Shown: positions 1 to 14,756 of the stretch, piece after piece
Layout of the letters: the number at the start of each line of letters is the position of its first letter
Position numbering within the stretch: position 1 is the first letter of the stretch
Position numbers and translations under genes: made by a program
NCBI GenBank assembly: GCA_951406725.2
Contig: OX597817.1
Coordinates: 19,406,001-19,470,000, forward strand
Reading direction: 5' to 3'
DNA from: Octopus vulgaris
Taxonomy: Eukaryota
Length of the DNA: 64,000 bases
Notes under the pieces: generated by a model
Seen by the model: only the letters and a program-made list of their open reading frames with translations
Database searches by the model: none
What the model was told of the DNA's origin: nothing

Positions 1-1327
1 AAGTTACACACGGGCTAAAGTTATGAAGCAGATAGAAGAGACGAGATTTTGGAAATGGAGAAAGAAAAGACAGAAAAATATAAGATGGAGTGCTTCCGCA
101 GACTGTGACTGATACTTAAGTAGAAATTAAACGGACGGAATAAGATCGAAGTTATGAACACCTGGGCGGTTTCACTCCTTCGATAAGGTGCAGGGGTAAT
201 CGCATGGACGGTAGACGAACTAATCAGCTTAGACAGAAGGACAAGTATGTTGCTAACTGGATATGGTCACTCCGCCCAAATAGTGACACAGACAGACTGT
301 ATGTACCAAGAAAAAGAGAGGAAAAGGGACTTATTGGATGCGAACAGAGCTTTGGAGCAGAAGAAAACAACATAGCATGGTATGTAAAAAATGCCACAGA
401 ACCGCTATTATTACAAGTAAGAATGTCAGTCGTGTGTAAGATGAAAGATTACAAAGATAAAGTACTACACAAGAACCTGAAAAGGATGAAACTGAAAATA
501 GCTGGGTAAAGAAGCGAATGCATGATCAATTTCATAGGGATGTTGAAGATAAGACAGAGAAAAAAGATAGTTGTGGATGACTTAAAGTGATTTAAAACCG
601 AAAACAGAGGCTCTAATCTGTGCTGCCCATGAGTAAGCACTCAGAACAAACTACATAAAATGCAGAATAGGCAGCACATCAGAAAGTGCAGAATCTGTGG
701 ACAAAATGGTGAAACCGTATGGCATATTACCAGCGAATGCACGCCCCTAGCCCAGAAGGAATATAAGAGACGCCACGTCAATATAGCCAGGTTTTGTCAA
801 TTGGAAACTTTGCAACAAGTATGGACATGACAGAGCAAAAAATTGGTACGGCTACAAACCTGAAGGCGTTGTCGAAAATAGAAATGCAAAGATCCTGTTG
901 GATTTTATGATTCAGTGCGACCATGAGATTGAGAATAGGAAGCCGAACATAGTATTAATTGAGAAAGAATACAAACCATGCTGGATCATAGGCATAGTAT
1001 GCCCAGCTGACAACAAGGTATCCGATAAGAAAGAAACAACATTCGATAGATATGACAGATTAGCTTAAGAATTTAAGCAGTTGTGGTCAATGAAAAAGCC
1101 GTAGTACCAGTAATTGTCGAACCCTGGGAACAGTGAGCAAAAATCTCGAGAAGTACGTGGAGAAAATAGGGTGCCATGAGGGTGTAGCACTTGCAGAAAA
1201 CAGCACTGCTTTGAACCACTCGAATACTCTGGAAGGTGCTCGAAAAATAAAAGTCGTTACTTTAGTTCACTGGTAGGGAACAGCTGACACTGTAGTACAT
1301 CTCCAGCGTTAGAAGCTGCACAAAGGC

Positions 1328-1328
<1 letters not shown>
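1..1328 (+). mobile_element. Dong/R4-clade non-LTR retrotransposon, decayed 3' part (post-RT region, CCHC finger, restriction-like endonuclease)
   Basis: Frame-broken translation gives DTDRLYVPRK..GLIGCE, ALRTNYIK, RICGQNGETVWHITSEC..LAQKEYKRRH, DFMIQCDHEIENRKPNIVLIEK and LQKTALL. The element ends directly in (AAT)n, the known Dong target. Confidence 0.85.

Positions 1329-1412
<84 letters not shown>
1328..1412. repeat. (AAT)n microsatellite
   Basis: Direct reading. Confidence 0.99.
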
Positions 1413-1415
<3 letters not shown>

Positions 1416-1969
1416 GCCCTGATGCAGTACCAGGCAGTGGCTCTCGTGGCTTCTGATCTTAACTGATTGGAAGTGTTATCATATACATTGTTTTGTCTTG
1501 GTATAAAAGATGGGCTACAGCAAATATTCTGCTCAATACCACAGATTTGCTTGTCAGTTGTTTGACCTTAACCAGTTGAGCATGTCCCTTAGTGGCTGAC
1601 GATATGTGTATCTATGATCACGAGCAGAAGTAGTGGGGGAGCATCATAGCCATGTGTTGAGAGGGATTCTTTGGGGTTTGAATAGTTCACCTCTGGAAAC
1701 ATGGGTGGTTCTTTCAACATCCTTAAACAACCCTTATTCAGGGACCGTTTGAGCGGGATGGGCTACTCAACCTGACGAAAATTCTAACTGGGCCCCACCT
1801 GCAAGGTCATGTGCTGTTTATCTTGATATGAGATCACCCTTTCGCGCACATATGGTTGTGATGCATGTGCCTGGTGTACCTTTATCAGACGGGTAGTCAT
1901 GATGGGTATATTGGGCTTCGTATATTTTACCCCAGTGTCACTTTGATGGCATGCACTGCTCTCTCACTC
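1413..1969. mobile_element. ~560 bp non-coding interspersed element embedded in (AAT)n
   Basis: Block of higher GC content with sharp edges and (AAT)n on both sides (1328-1412, 1970-2093). No convincing ORF. Confidence 0.55.
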
Positions 1970-2004
<35 letters not shown>

Positions 2005-2006
2005 TG

Positions 2007-2093
<87 letters not shown>

Positions 2094-2149
2094 GTTGTAA
2101 CATCTCACGACTGTATATCTCAGACACAGCATGTAATAGTGTTTACAAA

Positions 2150-2800
2150 ATAAAAGGGACAAGTATAAAAAGACAGTTTTATGCGTTGTCCATAATACAC
2201 GAAATGAGTCTTCGGATTGGCAATAAAAAGGTAATGCCAAAAAATTAGGTTGACTTGCGAATATCTTTTATATCTAAACCTGAACATACCGCAAATACTA
2301 AAACTGTTATAATATATATGACGACGATGATATATATAATATATATGACGAGATATATATGCATAATTTACACTGTTGATATTTTCATGAAATGTCAACT
2401 CCACATATAACGAAATATAAAGGAATAAAATATCGAACTTGCTTGGATAAACAAATCTAGATTGGATGGCAAAAGAGAAGCAACCGCATTCGTCATACTA
2501 GAATGCAGCAAATGTTTCAGGTTTACTCTATACTCGTTACTGAGTGATATTGGGTAAGTCACATTCACGTAAAATGGCTACTTTACTCTTGCCTAGAGAA
2601 AAAAATCTTCTACTGTTATATGCTACCCATCACAAGAGGCCTTTGGCAAATCAACAAAATCTATGGCATCTCAGTTTATACAAGAACTGCCGAATAGCAT
2701 GTAATAAGCCAAGCATATCCCACGAAAAAGATGGTAATAGTTTATCAGTATTCGCTATATCAACACCAAAGGAATATAATATCGTTCAGGTCCCAGTGGT
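2150..2800 (-). pseudogene. Putative decayed GPCR relic (TM1-TM3 region)
   Basis: Minus-strand fragments in order: RYYIPLVLI (TM1-like), SWDMLGLLHAIRQFLY (TM2-like D), FAIQSRFVYP (resembles LAIQRY..VC.P). Many stops and frameshifts. Confidence 0.3.
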
Positions 2801-3116
2801 AATGCCAACGGATTAATCGGCTTACGTTATGATAATTAAACAAGTTTTATACGTTGTTATATGAAATCAGTGGAAATGAAATGATATGCAAACACTTTTC
2901 AAAATACATTTGTACACTGCTCGTAAGGACAGATGTGGGTACATTATAGAAAGTAAAAATGTTTGAAAGAGTTATTTGGGAGATTATAAAGGGAATTTAT
3001 TAATTTTAAATCATTTTATGCCGCATTTAGAAATATATATAATTCACTTCAGGTAAGAAAGAAAATAAACTAGTTGTATTTCTATTAAAAACGATAATAA
3101 TAATAATAATAATAAC

Positions 3117-3182
<66 letters not shown>

Positions 3183-3309
3183 TGTATGATCATTAATAAC
3201 GAATTCCACCGATAGCCATAATATGATGAATTCCTTTAATATAATAACAATGATCATTATCTTATTCATCACCATACACAGCAGCCTCGTTATCAATATC
3301 TTCATGATA

Positions 3310-3492
3310 TATGCTCTAACTAATAATATTACGTAGACAGCATTGTTGGCAAGAATTACACATCGTGGCCTTATCACATTTGGAGCCGATTCAAATCTGT
3401 AACTGTGAGTTAGAACAATGCTTATTGAATTAAATTTAGCCAATTCATGACGTCGACACTCATGCTAGAGGATCTAAGATATCTTACAATAG

Positions 3493-3572
<80 letters not shown>

Positions 3573-5030
3573 GTATGTATATATATACATCTATGGAAGT
3601 TCAAACCACTAAATCTTGAGAAGTCATCATTAATCTTTTTTTCAATGATTTCATAATAGAGCAGCCATATATCTAAATAAATACATTGTTCATTACTCAA
3701 TACACTTCGCAGCTCACTAAAGTGAGATGTTTGCAAATATATTTCAGGTTTGAGGGACAAAAGTTTGATAAATCGTAACTTATTTTTCCCTTAGAAAACT
3801 TGAGAGTGGGTTGTCATTATCACCGCATTAAATTTAGGCTTGGTTTTGATATATCAAAGCAGCTCTTGAAATGGGCGCTCAAAGGACTGTGAATGTTCTA
3901 GTAAATATTTGATGTAGTTGTATATGTCCCGTAGTTTAAGATGCAATACTTAAAAGAGCTACCATTTTATAGGAAGCTCCAACATTAAATTCAGTTCCTG
4001 AATAAAGCAGTTATATTAACGGGTATAGTGTTTTATATTTCCAGAAAAAATACACTTCTATTGCATAATCATTGAAGGTATACAATTATCGCCATTTATA
4101 ATAGTAGAGATACAATGATTTAAGTTGCTTGCTGTGTGCACTCAACTGATTTCCACCAAATGTATTTGTTTTCTGATAACCTGATAGGCCAGATGATAAT
4201 TTTCAGAAGTGTCATATAGCTATACTCCCTGTAAACTACGAAATTAAAAATTATTATAGGTATAACTGAACATCATATATGAAAAATAAATATACACGTA
4301 CACAAATATTCTAGGATTTTCCAAAGGCACTCAATACTACTTGCAATTATTCCAAACGTATATATTTTCATTAGTGCCAGATAAGAAATGCCAGCCTTGA
4401 TTAAGATTTTTTACATAGAGTGGCACTCTTCTCATACATACGCACATAAAAAGATGTCGTTTCTGTAAAAGATGCATTTTAAAGCTACAGATCTCAGGCA
4501 AGAAATTAGAAGATAAGCCCCGTTTTAAAAAAATGTTTATCCTGAGACGTAATTGAAACATAATAATTAAAATTGTGTCTCGACAAAGAAAATTTAGAAA
4601 AGCATTCTTGGTGATATCGGGGTTCAACACCATTATCTGCACCTTCTCTCTTGTAACTTACTTTGAGAGACGCATATTTAATCAGGTCCGACATCTATTC
4701 AAGCAAATATAATCCCATACTCACTAGGATTTGCCCATATAATACAAGTTATTAATAAACAGCACGCCCACATTTTTCTTAATATTGTATTTGTGTATTG
4801 AATGTGGGACACTGAATGAGCTTGTAATAGCTAATGACTTAGTACGTACAACCTTACACCTACCTACGTTCTTAAGCAGAATCATTTCATCTGCAAACAT
4901 TAGGAACAGGTCTGTAGACCGAGTATTTCAAAATATTTCGCCTGTTCCTTACAGAATTTCTGTGACACTACCAACAGGCACTTTTCTTCCTGCTATGACT
5001 AAACTATTGATAGGATCAAAGGAGGTTCTC
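3310..5030 (-). pseudogene. Putative decayed GPCR relic
   Basis: INSLVIAGRKVPVGSVTEIL*..STDLFLMF (TM1-ICL1-TM2-like), VWDYICLNR (TM3-like), NIYVW (TM5-like), ILANNAVYVILL (TM7-like). Interrupted by stops and (TA)n. Confidence 0.35.
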
Positions 5031-5232
5031 TAATTTAAAATTATACGAAAAAAAGCTATAGTTCTATTATTGTAGAATGGAGTATTTTTCATATAAAAAC
5101 ATCCTGCGTAGTGGAAAATAGTAGACGCTTGGAAAACTAAACAAAACTTATCTGGAGAAACAGAATAAAAGCTCCACCTATCCATACAATGATCCATCTA
5201 TCAATTTTGTAATAATAATGATGATGATGATG

Positions 5233-5287
<55 letters not shown>

Positions 5288-5363
5288 TCATATATATATA
5301 TAATTACTACATAAGATTGATGAACACATAAACAGTCAAATACATGCATGTCTGTATATATAG

Positions 5364-5443
<80 letters not shown>

Positions 5444-5454
5444 GTGTGTATATA

Positions 5455-5544
<90 letters not shown>

Positions 5545-5749
5545 TGTATGTATGTATATAATACCTGTATTGTTGAGAGAGTATATCTGAAAGTAAATGC
5601 AGAAGTGAAATAAAAGGATAGAAGCGAAAAAATAAGAGAAATAAGAAACAAAATGAACAGAAAATATCAGAAAAACGTATAGTGTGAGACAGCTTTTCAG
5701 GACAGCCAAGATATGTTGTTAGCATGACCTGACTGTAAATAAATTAAAC

Positions 5750-6422
5750 ACGAAAGAACAAAGTAAGTTCTAGCCTCTTTTGGAAAAATAGTTTTATATT
5801 GATGGCTCGAGAACAATTATTTAGCAAAGAGGAACTACGGAGCTGTAAAATAATTTTTGTGTGCATCTGACTTGCCAGATAGATTTTGGGCAGACATTTG
5901 GCACCAGTAACCTGGCACCTCGGAAAATATGAAATTTAACAAAACGTTAGGAAATAATCAAAAAAAAAAAAAGTCAACAACAATACAAGTAGGAAAGAAA
6001 TCGATAGCTAAACGAGGAGGAAATAACGAAAGAAGTTTAAAAAAATAGGAAGCACGTAAAATGCTATAAAAGAGGAAAAAAAGAAAAGGATAGGATGTTA
6101 AGTGTGAAATAGTCGTGAGAACGAATGATGGAAATAGATATTTTTCAATTCTATATCGCCTTCCTTTTACTCCGCATACAAATTACCTAAAGAATATTTC
6201 TATGAAAAATATTACCCATATTTCATATCCTTCATTCTTTCTTTCCTTCTCCTTCTCCCTTTCCTTCTCTCTCTCTCTCTCTCTCTCTGTACATATACCT
6301 GTGTTTGTGTGTGTGAGTGCGCGCGTGTTTGTGTGTGTATGTGTAAATATATATGTATATATTCTATATGTGTTTGAATGTGCTTATATAATATGCACAA
6401 TATAAATGAATAGATATTTTCA

Positions 6423-6460
<38 letters not shown>

Positions 6461-6497
6461 CTTATATCATATGAAAAATATATAACTGTATGTATGG

Positions 6498-6546
<49 letters not shown>

Positions 6547-7660
6547 CCTATGTATATATCTATCTATGTTGTAGTAAAGACATGACTATGCTTAGTTTTA
6601 TGTTTTGTTATCGGAGATTTTTGAAACTCCTGTATAAATGTTTTCCATTTCGTCTGGAACAAGAAAGTAAAGAAATTCATCATGAAAATTTCTAGAACTT
6701 CACTGCTTAACCATCCGTATAAATGGATGTCTGCGTGCAGTGCAGTGTATTTGTAGATAGGAAAACTTTTGTAAATAACAGTCCTATCATATTCCCAATT
6801 CACCACCAAAATAGAATTTTTGATGATGGAGGGCCGGTCATAGTAATAAGCAAAGTTAAAGTAAACGCCCGGACAGCTCGCATAATTTAGAAACAAAACC
6901 AGACAGCCTGAGTACGTCATATGTTAACAATCGTCTATTCAAGATGCTGTAGTATTGCGTCCACCATATTGGTTTTACAAAAACATACATAACATACAAA
7001 TATATATGTGTGTGTGTGTGTGTGTGTAAATCCTTAATACAATCCCAAAGCACCTCATTCAGAAAGTAAAGCTATGAGTATCTGGAAAGGGCAATGTAAG
7101 ATTGTAGGATTCGGGAACATATGGAAAACAATATTGATAAAACGAGACGAAACCGGAATGGAGCATCACTCACATAATTATGTCTAAAATTCAGGCTTTT
7201 CTGCGTGCATACAATTACATAAACGCATATGTATGCATAAATTTCTGTTATCGGAGGCTACTTCTACTGTTACTTGTAATATGTAATCCAGTGCAGCCTG
7301 TCGCAACTAAATGGGAGTCTTTACCGAGCCCGCTTCGTAAGAAGGGTGGTTTTCGTCGGACACCCTTAGAACGAAAAGCAAATCCTGTCAATGGACGGAT
7401 GAACATCGTAAAGTCAATGCTTACCCAACACCTAGGAACGGGAGATCCTCGTGTTTGTCTCACTACCTCCCTACGAGAAGGAAATTTCAAAATAACACCC
7501 GCCTCTGGACTATTTGGTTTTCTAGAAGAGTCATGGCATTGTTATACAAACTGCTATTGACTTTCGGTTTCAGCACAGTCATTAATAAAATGCACTGTCC
7601 TTAATTCCCAGGAAAAATATTTTGCTAGCTATGGTCATACTCGGCAACGATGTGATAATC
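5750..7660 (-). pseudogene. Putative decayed GPCR relic (Srw/sex-peptide-receptor-like)
   Basis: VFINIVFHMF (TM3-like), open frame 6564-6920 with YGWLSSEVLEIF (TM5-like), VLLNFIFSEVPG (TM6 F..xExP-like), LLNNCSRAINIK (TM7-like), in the expected order. Confidence 0.4.
7290..7550 (+). mobile_element. Possible RTE-type LINE 5'UTR fragment
   Basis: GC-richer insert containing ctacgagaaggaaatttcaaaataacacc, reminiscent of RTE 5'UTRs. No coding support. Confidence 0.3.
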
Positions 7661-8029
7661 ACCATGTATCTTTAATGTATGTATGTATGTATGTATGTTT
7701 GTGTGTTTGTATGAATATATGATATTTTGGAGGGATTTATTTTCAGTTTTTTTTTCTATTTAGAACACTGGTTGAGCGGTTTTGTTTAAACCAAGACTGC
7801 TATTATGCGTGTGGTTGACTGAATTAGTTGACATATGAATGTGCATTTTGCATACGTGTGAGCGTATGGATATATTCGGTGTGAGTTCCACCACAAAACA
7901 CAAGTATATGTTTCATTATTGCATATGTGTGTGTTCATATGCATTCAGGTGTATATGTGAGTGTGTGCATGAATTCATTGAGGACACGCAAAAGGAGAAG
8001 CGCTGAAATATTTTATGTATCATTATATT

Positions 8030-8570
8030 TTCCTCACATCGACTTTATCTGGCAAATTCGAATCAGCCTTCTGTGTCCTTTTCTTGAGAACTCATTTCTT
8101 AGCTGTTTAGGAAGAGCTGTTGCTACTTCGCTTAATGCATCTGTGATGATGGGAAAAATAGAATTGTTTAGCCTTTTTATAAGACTTGTATGTTTGTATT
8201 TTGTTCTTCATAGATGAGATATTTTCCAAAATCTTGGAAGAGCAATTCTCATCTGCTTGTCAACTGATCTCTACAAAAAATTTCCAGATTTTTCTGGAGT
8301 GGATTCTTTCTGTTTCCGATGCGATCTGGTAATGTCGTCAAGGCAATCTAATTTGCCTCTAATATTGTTCACTGTCTAAGTGATAAGGTTATGTTACATG
8401 GAGAGGTAGTATCTTGTGAAATATTTTGAACAGCTAATAATGATATTAATGATAAAAGAGTCCACACTGATATAGCAAAATCAATCATTTCTGTCACACC
8501 ATGGAGTTTTAGAGGCCCTGCATCTGGTGGATTACGAATATTAACGTCATCTTTCCGCCCAACACATTAT
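8030..8570 (-). pseudogene. Putative decayed GPCR relic (TM3-TM5/ICL3)
   Basis: AISVWTLLSLISLLAVQ resembles S.WLT..LAVQRY. Further downstream is IFPIITDALSEVATALPKQLRNEFSRKGHRRL. Confidence 0.35.
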
Positions 8571-8652
8571 TGCTGTCTGTCTGTTTGTCTTTCTGTCTGT
8601 CTGTCTACATACATAAACAAAGGTACACGCATATATATATATATATATATAT

Positions 8653-9579
8653 ACTTTATTTTAAGCAGCAGAAAAATCAACAAAATCTGTTACTCTGAGT
8701 TAAGCTAAAATAGCGATGTTATTTGGCATCTATAGAGGCCTGTATACATACACAAGTTTGAATTGATACATATACAGGCATGGAGCTTACAAATATAATT
8801 TCAAGTGCAGGCTTTGCTTATTAGAAACACATATACACGACGGTATGTATATGTATCAATTCAAACTTGTGTATGTATACAGGCCTCTATAGATGCCAAA
8901 TAACATCGCTACAATTTTTCCCCACCCCTCCTCCGTTCCTTTTTCTCTCTTTCCCTTTCTTTCGTTCCCCCTCCTTGCTCAGTATATGAGAATTGCTACA
9001 TAGATGAATTTTAGCTTGCGTGCGAGACGGTTTGCGTGAATATATGTACACATGCTTTTATGTGTATAATTTAGATTCATATTCATACGTCTGTATATGT
9101 ATGTATGGCGTTTACGCGCATCCTTTTGTGTATGTTGATATATATATGTGGATTTTAATATAAATATGTATTGCAGTATTTATAACAGGTTTAATTTCTA
9201 TGCATTAATTTGTACTGTCTTCATTAACGGCAACAGGTTTTTTCCTCGGTATTTTCCTCGGATTTTATAATTTTTATAAGTTTTTATATATATATACATA
9301 TATTTTTGACCTTTTTGTTTATCGCTCGAAGATTGACCGTTTTTTCTAAAGGGCCAATCAAACAAGTCCATTTCTTTTAAAGGTGTAGCGTTTGTAGAGT
9401 ATAGATTGAATTAATATATATGTTCCATTCTAGCAAAAACTGTCTGATGAACGGCAACGAGAAACTCAGGTAACAGATTTTGTTGATTTTTCTGCTGCTA
9501 AAATAAAGCATATTACTCTACCACTGGTATTTGAGTACTCTTTTTTCCACCTTGTTTCACATTTATGTGTTTACTCCGG

Positions 9580-9580
<1 letters not shown>
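8653..9580 (+). mobile_element. Penelope-like non-autonomous element with inverted terminal segment and hammerhead motif
   Basis: 8653-8701 is the reverse complement of ~9463-9511. Internal inverted repeat 8711-8776/8847-8911. Flanked by (TA)n. A related tail lies at 23505-23627. Confidence 0.65.
9435..9482 (+). ncRNA. Minimal type-I hammerhead ribozyme motif
   Basis: aaaactgt-CTGATGA-acggcaacga-GAAA-ctcag(a)g-TA-acagatttt. Sister copies read gaaactcagagtaac. Confidence 0.7.
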
Positions 9581-9622
<42 letters not shown>

Positions 9623-9719
9623 TATATATATATACATAGAGGAATTTTACTCGCGTGTGAATTTTGTGGGTATGTATACATAATACGAACACAATCACAC
9701 TGCCGCACTCTCATATAAA

Positions 9720-11290
9720 TATATCATAAATACATCCTTTCCCTCAACCATTTGGTGTGTATATTTATAAACAATCTATTACTATGAAAACTTATAGCTT
9801 TGTTCGGCGTCATAAAATGCTCAAATACTTCATAATGTTTGCATGTTTGTTTGGTGGATTCTTGTAACACTAAAACAACAATAGTACAATATCTCATCAA
9901 GACTTCCAAACCAAAGAATTATTGTTCTAGCTGTTGCTGTTTAGTTCGAGGCTACCCATATTTAAGTATACCTATGGGCGTACATTTACTGTCTGCGATT
10001 ATCACGTCTTTGCGGTCCAGGCATAACGTAATTCGTACTATATAAATGATATGTATAGAATAAATTAAACTCCTACATCTATAATGTTGAGAAACAAAGA
10101 AGTGGTTACCTCGTTAGCCCAGATTGTATAAAACTTTTCTATAATACTGCATTGTGTATATTGCAGATTTATGAAACAGTGAACAAGGCATATATGTATA
10201 GTGTGATAATTTTCACACAATTTCTCACGTAAGGAAATCGGTCTGTAGTCACAATACTTGCAAGGTATAGTAGAATTTTCTCACACATAACATTCAGTAT
10301 AAATTAATGAAAGGTACGTTAAGTTGTTGCTTTTCAAACAATAATATTTTTTGTTCGCTAACATTCATTCAACATCGCTTTGCAACAAACCTAACTGCGG
10401 CCCCAAAAGATTAATGCCGACTGATTCAGCTCCCTCACAAGACAATTTGTCCATAACACATTACATCAATAAAATATATATTTCTTTACTGCCCACAAGG
10501 GGCTAAACATAGAGGGGACAAACAAGGACAGACAAAGGGATTAAGTCGATTACATCGACCCCAGTGCGAAACTGGTGCTTTATTTATCGACTCCGAAAGG
10601 ATGAAAGGCAAAGTCGACCTCGGCTGAATTTGAACTCACAACGTAACGACAGACGAAATACCGCTAAGCATTTCGCCCGACACGCTAACGTTTCTGCCAG
10701 CTCGCCGCCTCATCAATAAAATATTCAATAGCAGAATAGCAGCTAGACTACAAATTAATGAAAATTAATGAGAATTAAAAAATATTAATGAAAACGAAAT
10801 CTAATTAATTATGCAAATACTGCTTTAATGTCATTTACCGCCAGCGCACCTGTAAACATTTTCCTTTGCTCACAGGTGCAGTACATGCACAGAAGTGTCC
10901 CAAGCGAGATAATAGTAGCATCGAGCCGGGTCAACTATGCCTGTAAAGTTTTTGTCCAGTTGTCCAGCAGCTAAAATATAAACAACTATGACATCCACAA
11001 AAATAATAACTTAAAAAAAACAACAAACAACTGTAGTAATAGCATAGGTACAGCAAAAAAGTCTCAAACTAAAACGATACACCGAGTCACAAAATAAGCT
11101 TAGTCAAACTACTTAGTAGTATGAAACATCTGTTCGAAATTCTGTAGGCTGCGTAGCAATATGTTGAACATAGAGACGATTGCGATGAATTATATAGAAA
11201 AGTAACTTTATTGATATTTGTATCAATATAATTTGCGTCATTTAACTCATATATTAATTCACTGGGCATAGGTCTGTAAATCAATGTCTT
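9720..11290 (-). pseudogene. Putative decayed GPCR relic
   Basis: Hydrophobic segments VIIFVDVIVVYIL, LYLASIVTTDRFPYVRNCVKIITLYIYALF (TM3-DRF/TM4-like) and FLNIIDVGV*FILY. Split by a SINE. Confidence 0.3.
10478..10710 (-). mobile_element. tRNA-derived SINE, family A (ggcggcgagctggcagaaacgttagc...)
   Basis: Homologous to the copies at 21146 and 60064. 14-bp target-site duplication catcaataaaatat at 10464-10477 and 10711-10724. Confidence 0.9.
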
Positions 11291-11585
11291 CAGAGTAATA
11301 TGGAAGTGTTTATCTAAATATATCTATATGGATATATCATGTATTAGGTTTGCTGCCGTTTAGTCATACACGATTTCAAAGAAACTATAAATGTTCTACT
11401 AATAAATTCTACTACTTGCTGGTGCAAGACATATACACACACAAATACGTAACTATAATTTATATCTTCATATAGATTCTTACATGCATGCGTATATATA
11501 TGTATGCATGCATACGTACACACATGCATACATATATACATGCATACATAGATACAAACACATACATACATGCATACATGCATGT

Positions 11586-11616
<31 letters not shown>

Positions 11617-11694
11617 CATATACATTCAAACACATTAAAATTTATACTTATCCTGGCATACGCATACACATTCATTCACAGATATACACACATA

Positions 11695-11732
<38 letters not shown>

Positions 11733-12014
11733 ACGAATACATATTTCTTTATCTTCATATATATGAATGTATATATATATATATATGAGTGTGTGTGTGT
11801 GTGTATATATATAAGTATGTGTGTGTGTATACGTATTTACATGTGCATAGGTACATGTGTAAGGGTACTCTTGTGCACATTGCTTGTGTATGCATTTTAT
11901 GATATCTATGTGGGTGTCACACAATATCACAATATAGCACAAGTGAAATCAGACGCACATTCAAACACAGTGTGATACATTCCTCCGATACATATATATG
12001 TCTATGTACATATG

Positions 12015-12072
<58 letters not shown>

Positions 12073-12192
12073 TGTATATATGCATGTATAGATGTTTATA
12101 AGTTTGTGTGTATTCATACATACACCTTTGTATATGCATATAAATACACACATACACACACGCCCAAACGCATGCACTGACGCACACACACA

Positions 12193-12265
<73 letters not shown>

Positions 12266-14385
12266 AATATATCCCTTGAAATTGCATACACACACAAACA
12301 TAGAATATGACATAGGTAAGCACATAACACTGTATTCATATATGTATATTACATTGCCGAAACAGATTCATCTCACATAATAAACTATGATTAAGACTTG
12401 CCAATTGAAGCTTAAAATATGACCTTTTGTAACTGTTAGTGTTCGGAAATACTCTATTCCCATGAGATATAATATCTATTTGAGGAATTGCAATATTCAA
12501 ATGCATTAGACAATATGAAGAATAGGTAAAGCAATATAAAGCAAGTCTCTCAGGAATTTACATTGTGTTTTGAAAACTTTAACTCCTTTGTTCTTCAAGA
12601 GATAATGTAACTATCACTAGAATTTGCAAGAATGTTGTCTGATGTCTTCATATTATAGACGATATATAGGAGTGTTATTATGTTATAGTTCCTGATATTG
12701 TATTTTATATATGTATATATATATATCAGCAACTATAACATTTATGTATATATGTGTGTCTGATTTATATTTTTCACATAAATACATTTGAAATATAATG
12801 GCCGCTGATCGTTTAATGTGTTTCAACACTAACACCTTCTTTGGTATATTTTTCCCAACTTAACTCTTAGCAGAATACATTGTTTTCCTCTTAGATAGAG
12901 GTCGAAATATTTCTGTTCTTACATATTCTCAATCTTAAAAAAAACTTATTGAATTCAAAATTTTCAATAAAAATTGATGGTTAGAGTAAAAACCTTAATT
13001 GTTAGATCCAATAAACAATATTAACTCAGAAATCTTCTGTGACAAAGTTATTCATAAATTAATCCTACGGGTTCTCCGTATGAAATTCACATTGTAATGG
13101 CTGAAAAGGTTTTATAATCATGATCTGTTAATTTACCGAAGGAATGGCCCGTTGGATAGTATAGTTATCTATATACTACTATATCTGAAAATTTGAGATA
13201 TCTTCAAAGCGGAAATGTCTTTGAATTTGTATGTGCTTAAACAAATGTAAACATTGTCTAAAGAACTTCATATGGTTTCACATTGGTAATCTCAGTTTAT
13301 GCACTTTCGAAGAACAGCGTCACAGGATATTTCCATGAATTTAAAGTCCTAAGTTAATGCCTTATTCACCATATAAGTCACTGATTAGAAAAAATTAAGT
13401 GTTAAATTTATTTGAAAAAAACCAATACCAATGAAAAGTTTCGAAATTTGGATTCCTAGACTGCGGAAATGAAACCTAATTGTAACATAGATTTACTGAT
13501 GTCATCAAGAATATAGCTTCATTGCAAATTACTATGTGCTTCCGGAAACTTTGAAATAAATGAGTATATAGAATAATAGTTTCAGGTATTTTTTTAAATA
13601 TTCCACATATATATCTCCAAAAGATAAGTTTTTGCGAAATAAAGTCTAACTATAGATAAAACGATATTATCACACTACAAAAAGCTGTGTAGTCCTCGGG
13701 AGTGGATATATTGCTATTGTTGTGTTGATAAAAAGATCTGCTACGAAAACTTTAAGCCTCAATTATGAGGAAATACATTTATGTATGCAGACATGAATAT
13801 ACGTTTGTTTGTATGTATGGCTGTATTTGTCTGTCTTTCTGCTTTTATGTTTGCATATGTATGTGCATGCACGCATGAATGTGTTTCTTTAGGCATTCAC
13901 AAAATACAAGCAAATTCAGCATTTTATGTATAATCAACACAGATCTTGTGGGTTTGTCAATTAGTGTCTGCATATTAATCGGCTTCGTTATGGATAAACT
14001 TGCGTTTGTATAATTGGGATACATGCCACTTTACTACGGAGCTGTGTGTATATTTCATTAATATTTATCTGTGTGTCGTAAATACATGTGACTCTGTTCA
14101 TATGTTCTATTAAGTTAACTCAGAAAGCAGGGCGAAGAGTTGCATTTCTGAGTCAGACATATTTCAAGATGCATCATGAAAGTGAAAACTGCATTTTCTC
14201 TTGTTCCCTTTCATATATTCTCAACGTTTCATTTTCTAGAAGAGTGAGACAACGTTTTTGCTACGTCAAAATAGGCACACGTAACAAGGAAATCGTCACA
14301 AAATCAGTGATGCCTAACTACCTCACGCTTAAATGCATATGTTGTGTGTGTGTTATTATACATGTATATGTGTGCGTGTGTGTGC

Positions 14386-14476
<91 letters not shown>

Positions 14477-14664
14477 TAAAGGGTGAAATATAATTAATTT
14501 AATAAAATCAATAAATGTCACCAAGTAGTATTTCGGTATGGAAAAGGACCATATTCGGTAAAAAATTATATAATTATAATAATAAGTGTTTTTTGCAACA
14601 AGTTTCTTAAACCACACACCGCCATATAGGTTAAGCAACTTGTTGCAAAAAGCCCTTATTATTA

Positions 14665-14752
<88 letters not shown>

Positions 14753-14756
14753 AATG

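Noticed and set aside
3330-3470. Possible spliced exons of a functional gene (AG/GT-bounded frames at 3330-3470, 8214-8328, 10870-10970)
   Set aside because: Strands and phases do not chain into a coherent protein, and decayed coding relics explain them better.
5137-5725. Long YIYI/HTHT/LSIY/poly-N ORFs here and throughout the track
   Set aside because: They are translations of (TA)n, (CA)n, (TATC)n and (AAT)n microsatellites, not genes.
12900-13700. Possible plus-strand GPCR relic (TS.WFTLVISV-like)
   Set aside because: A single short motif requiring frameshifts, which is insufficient support.
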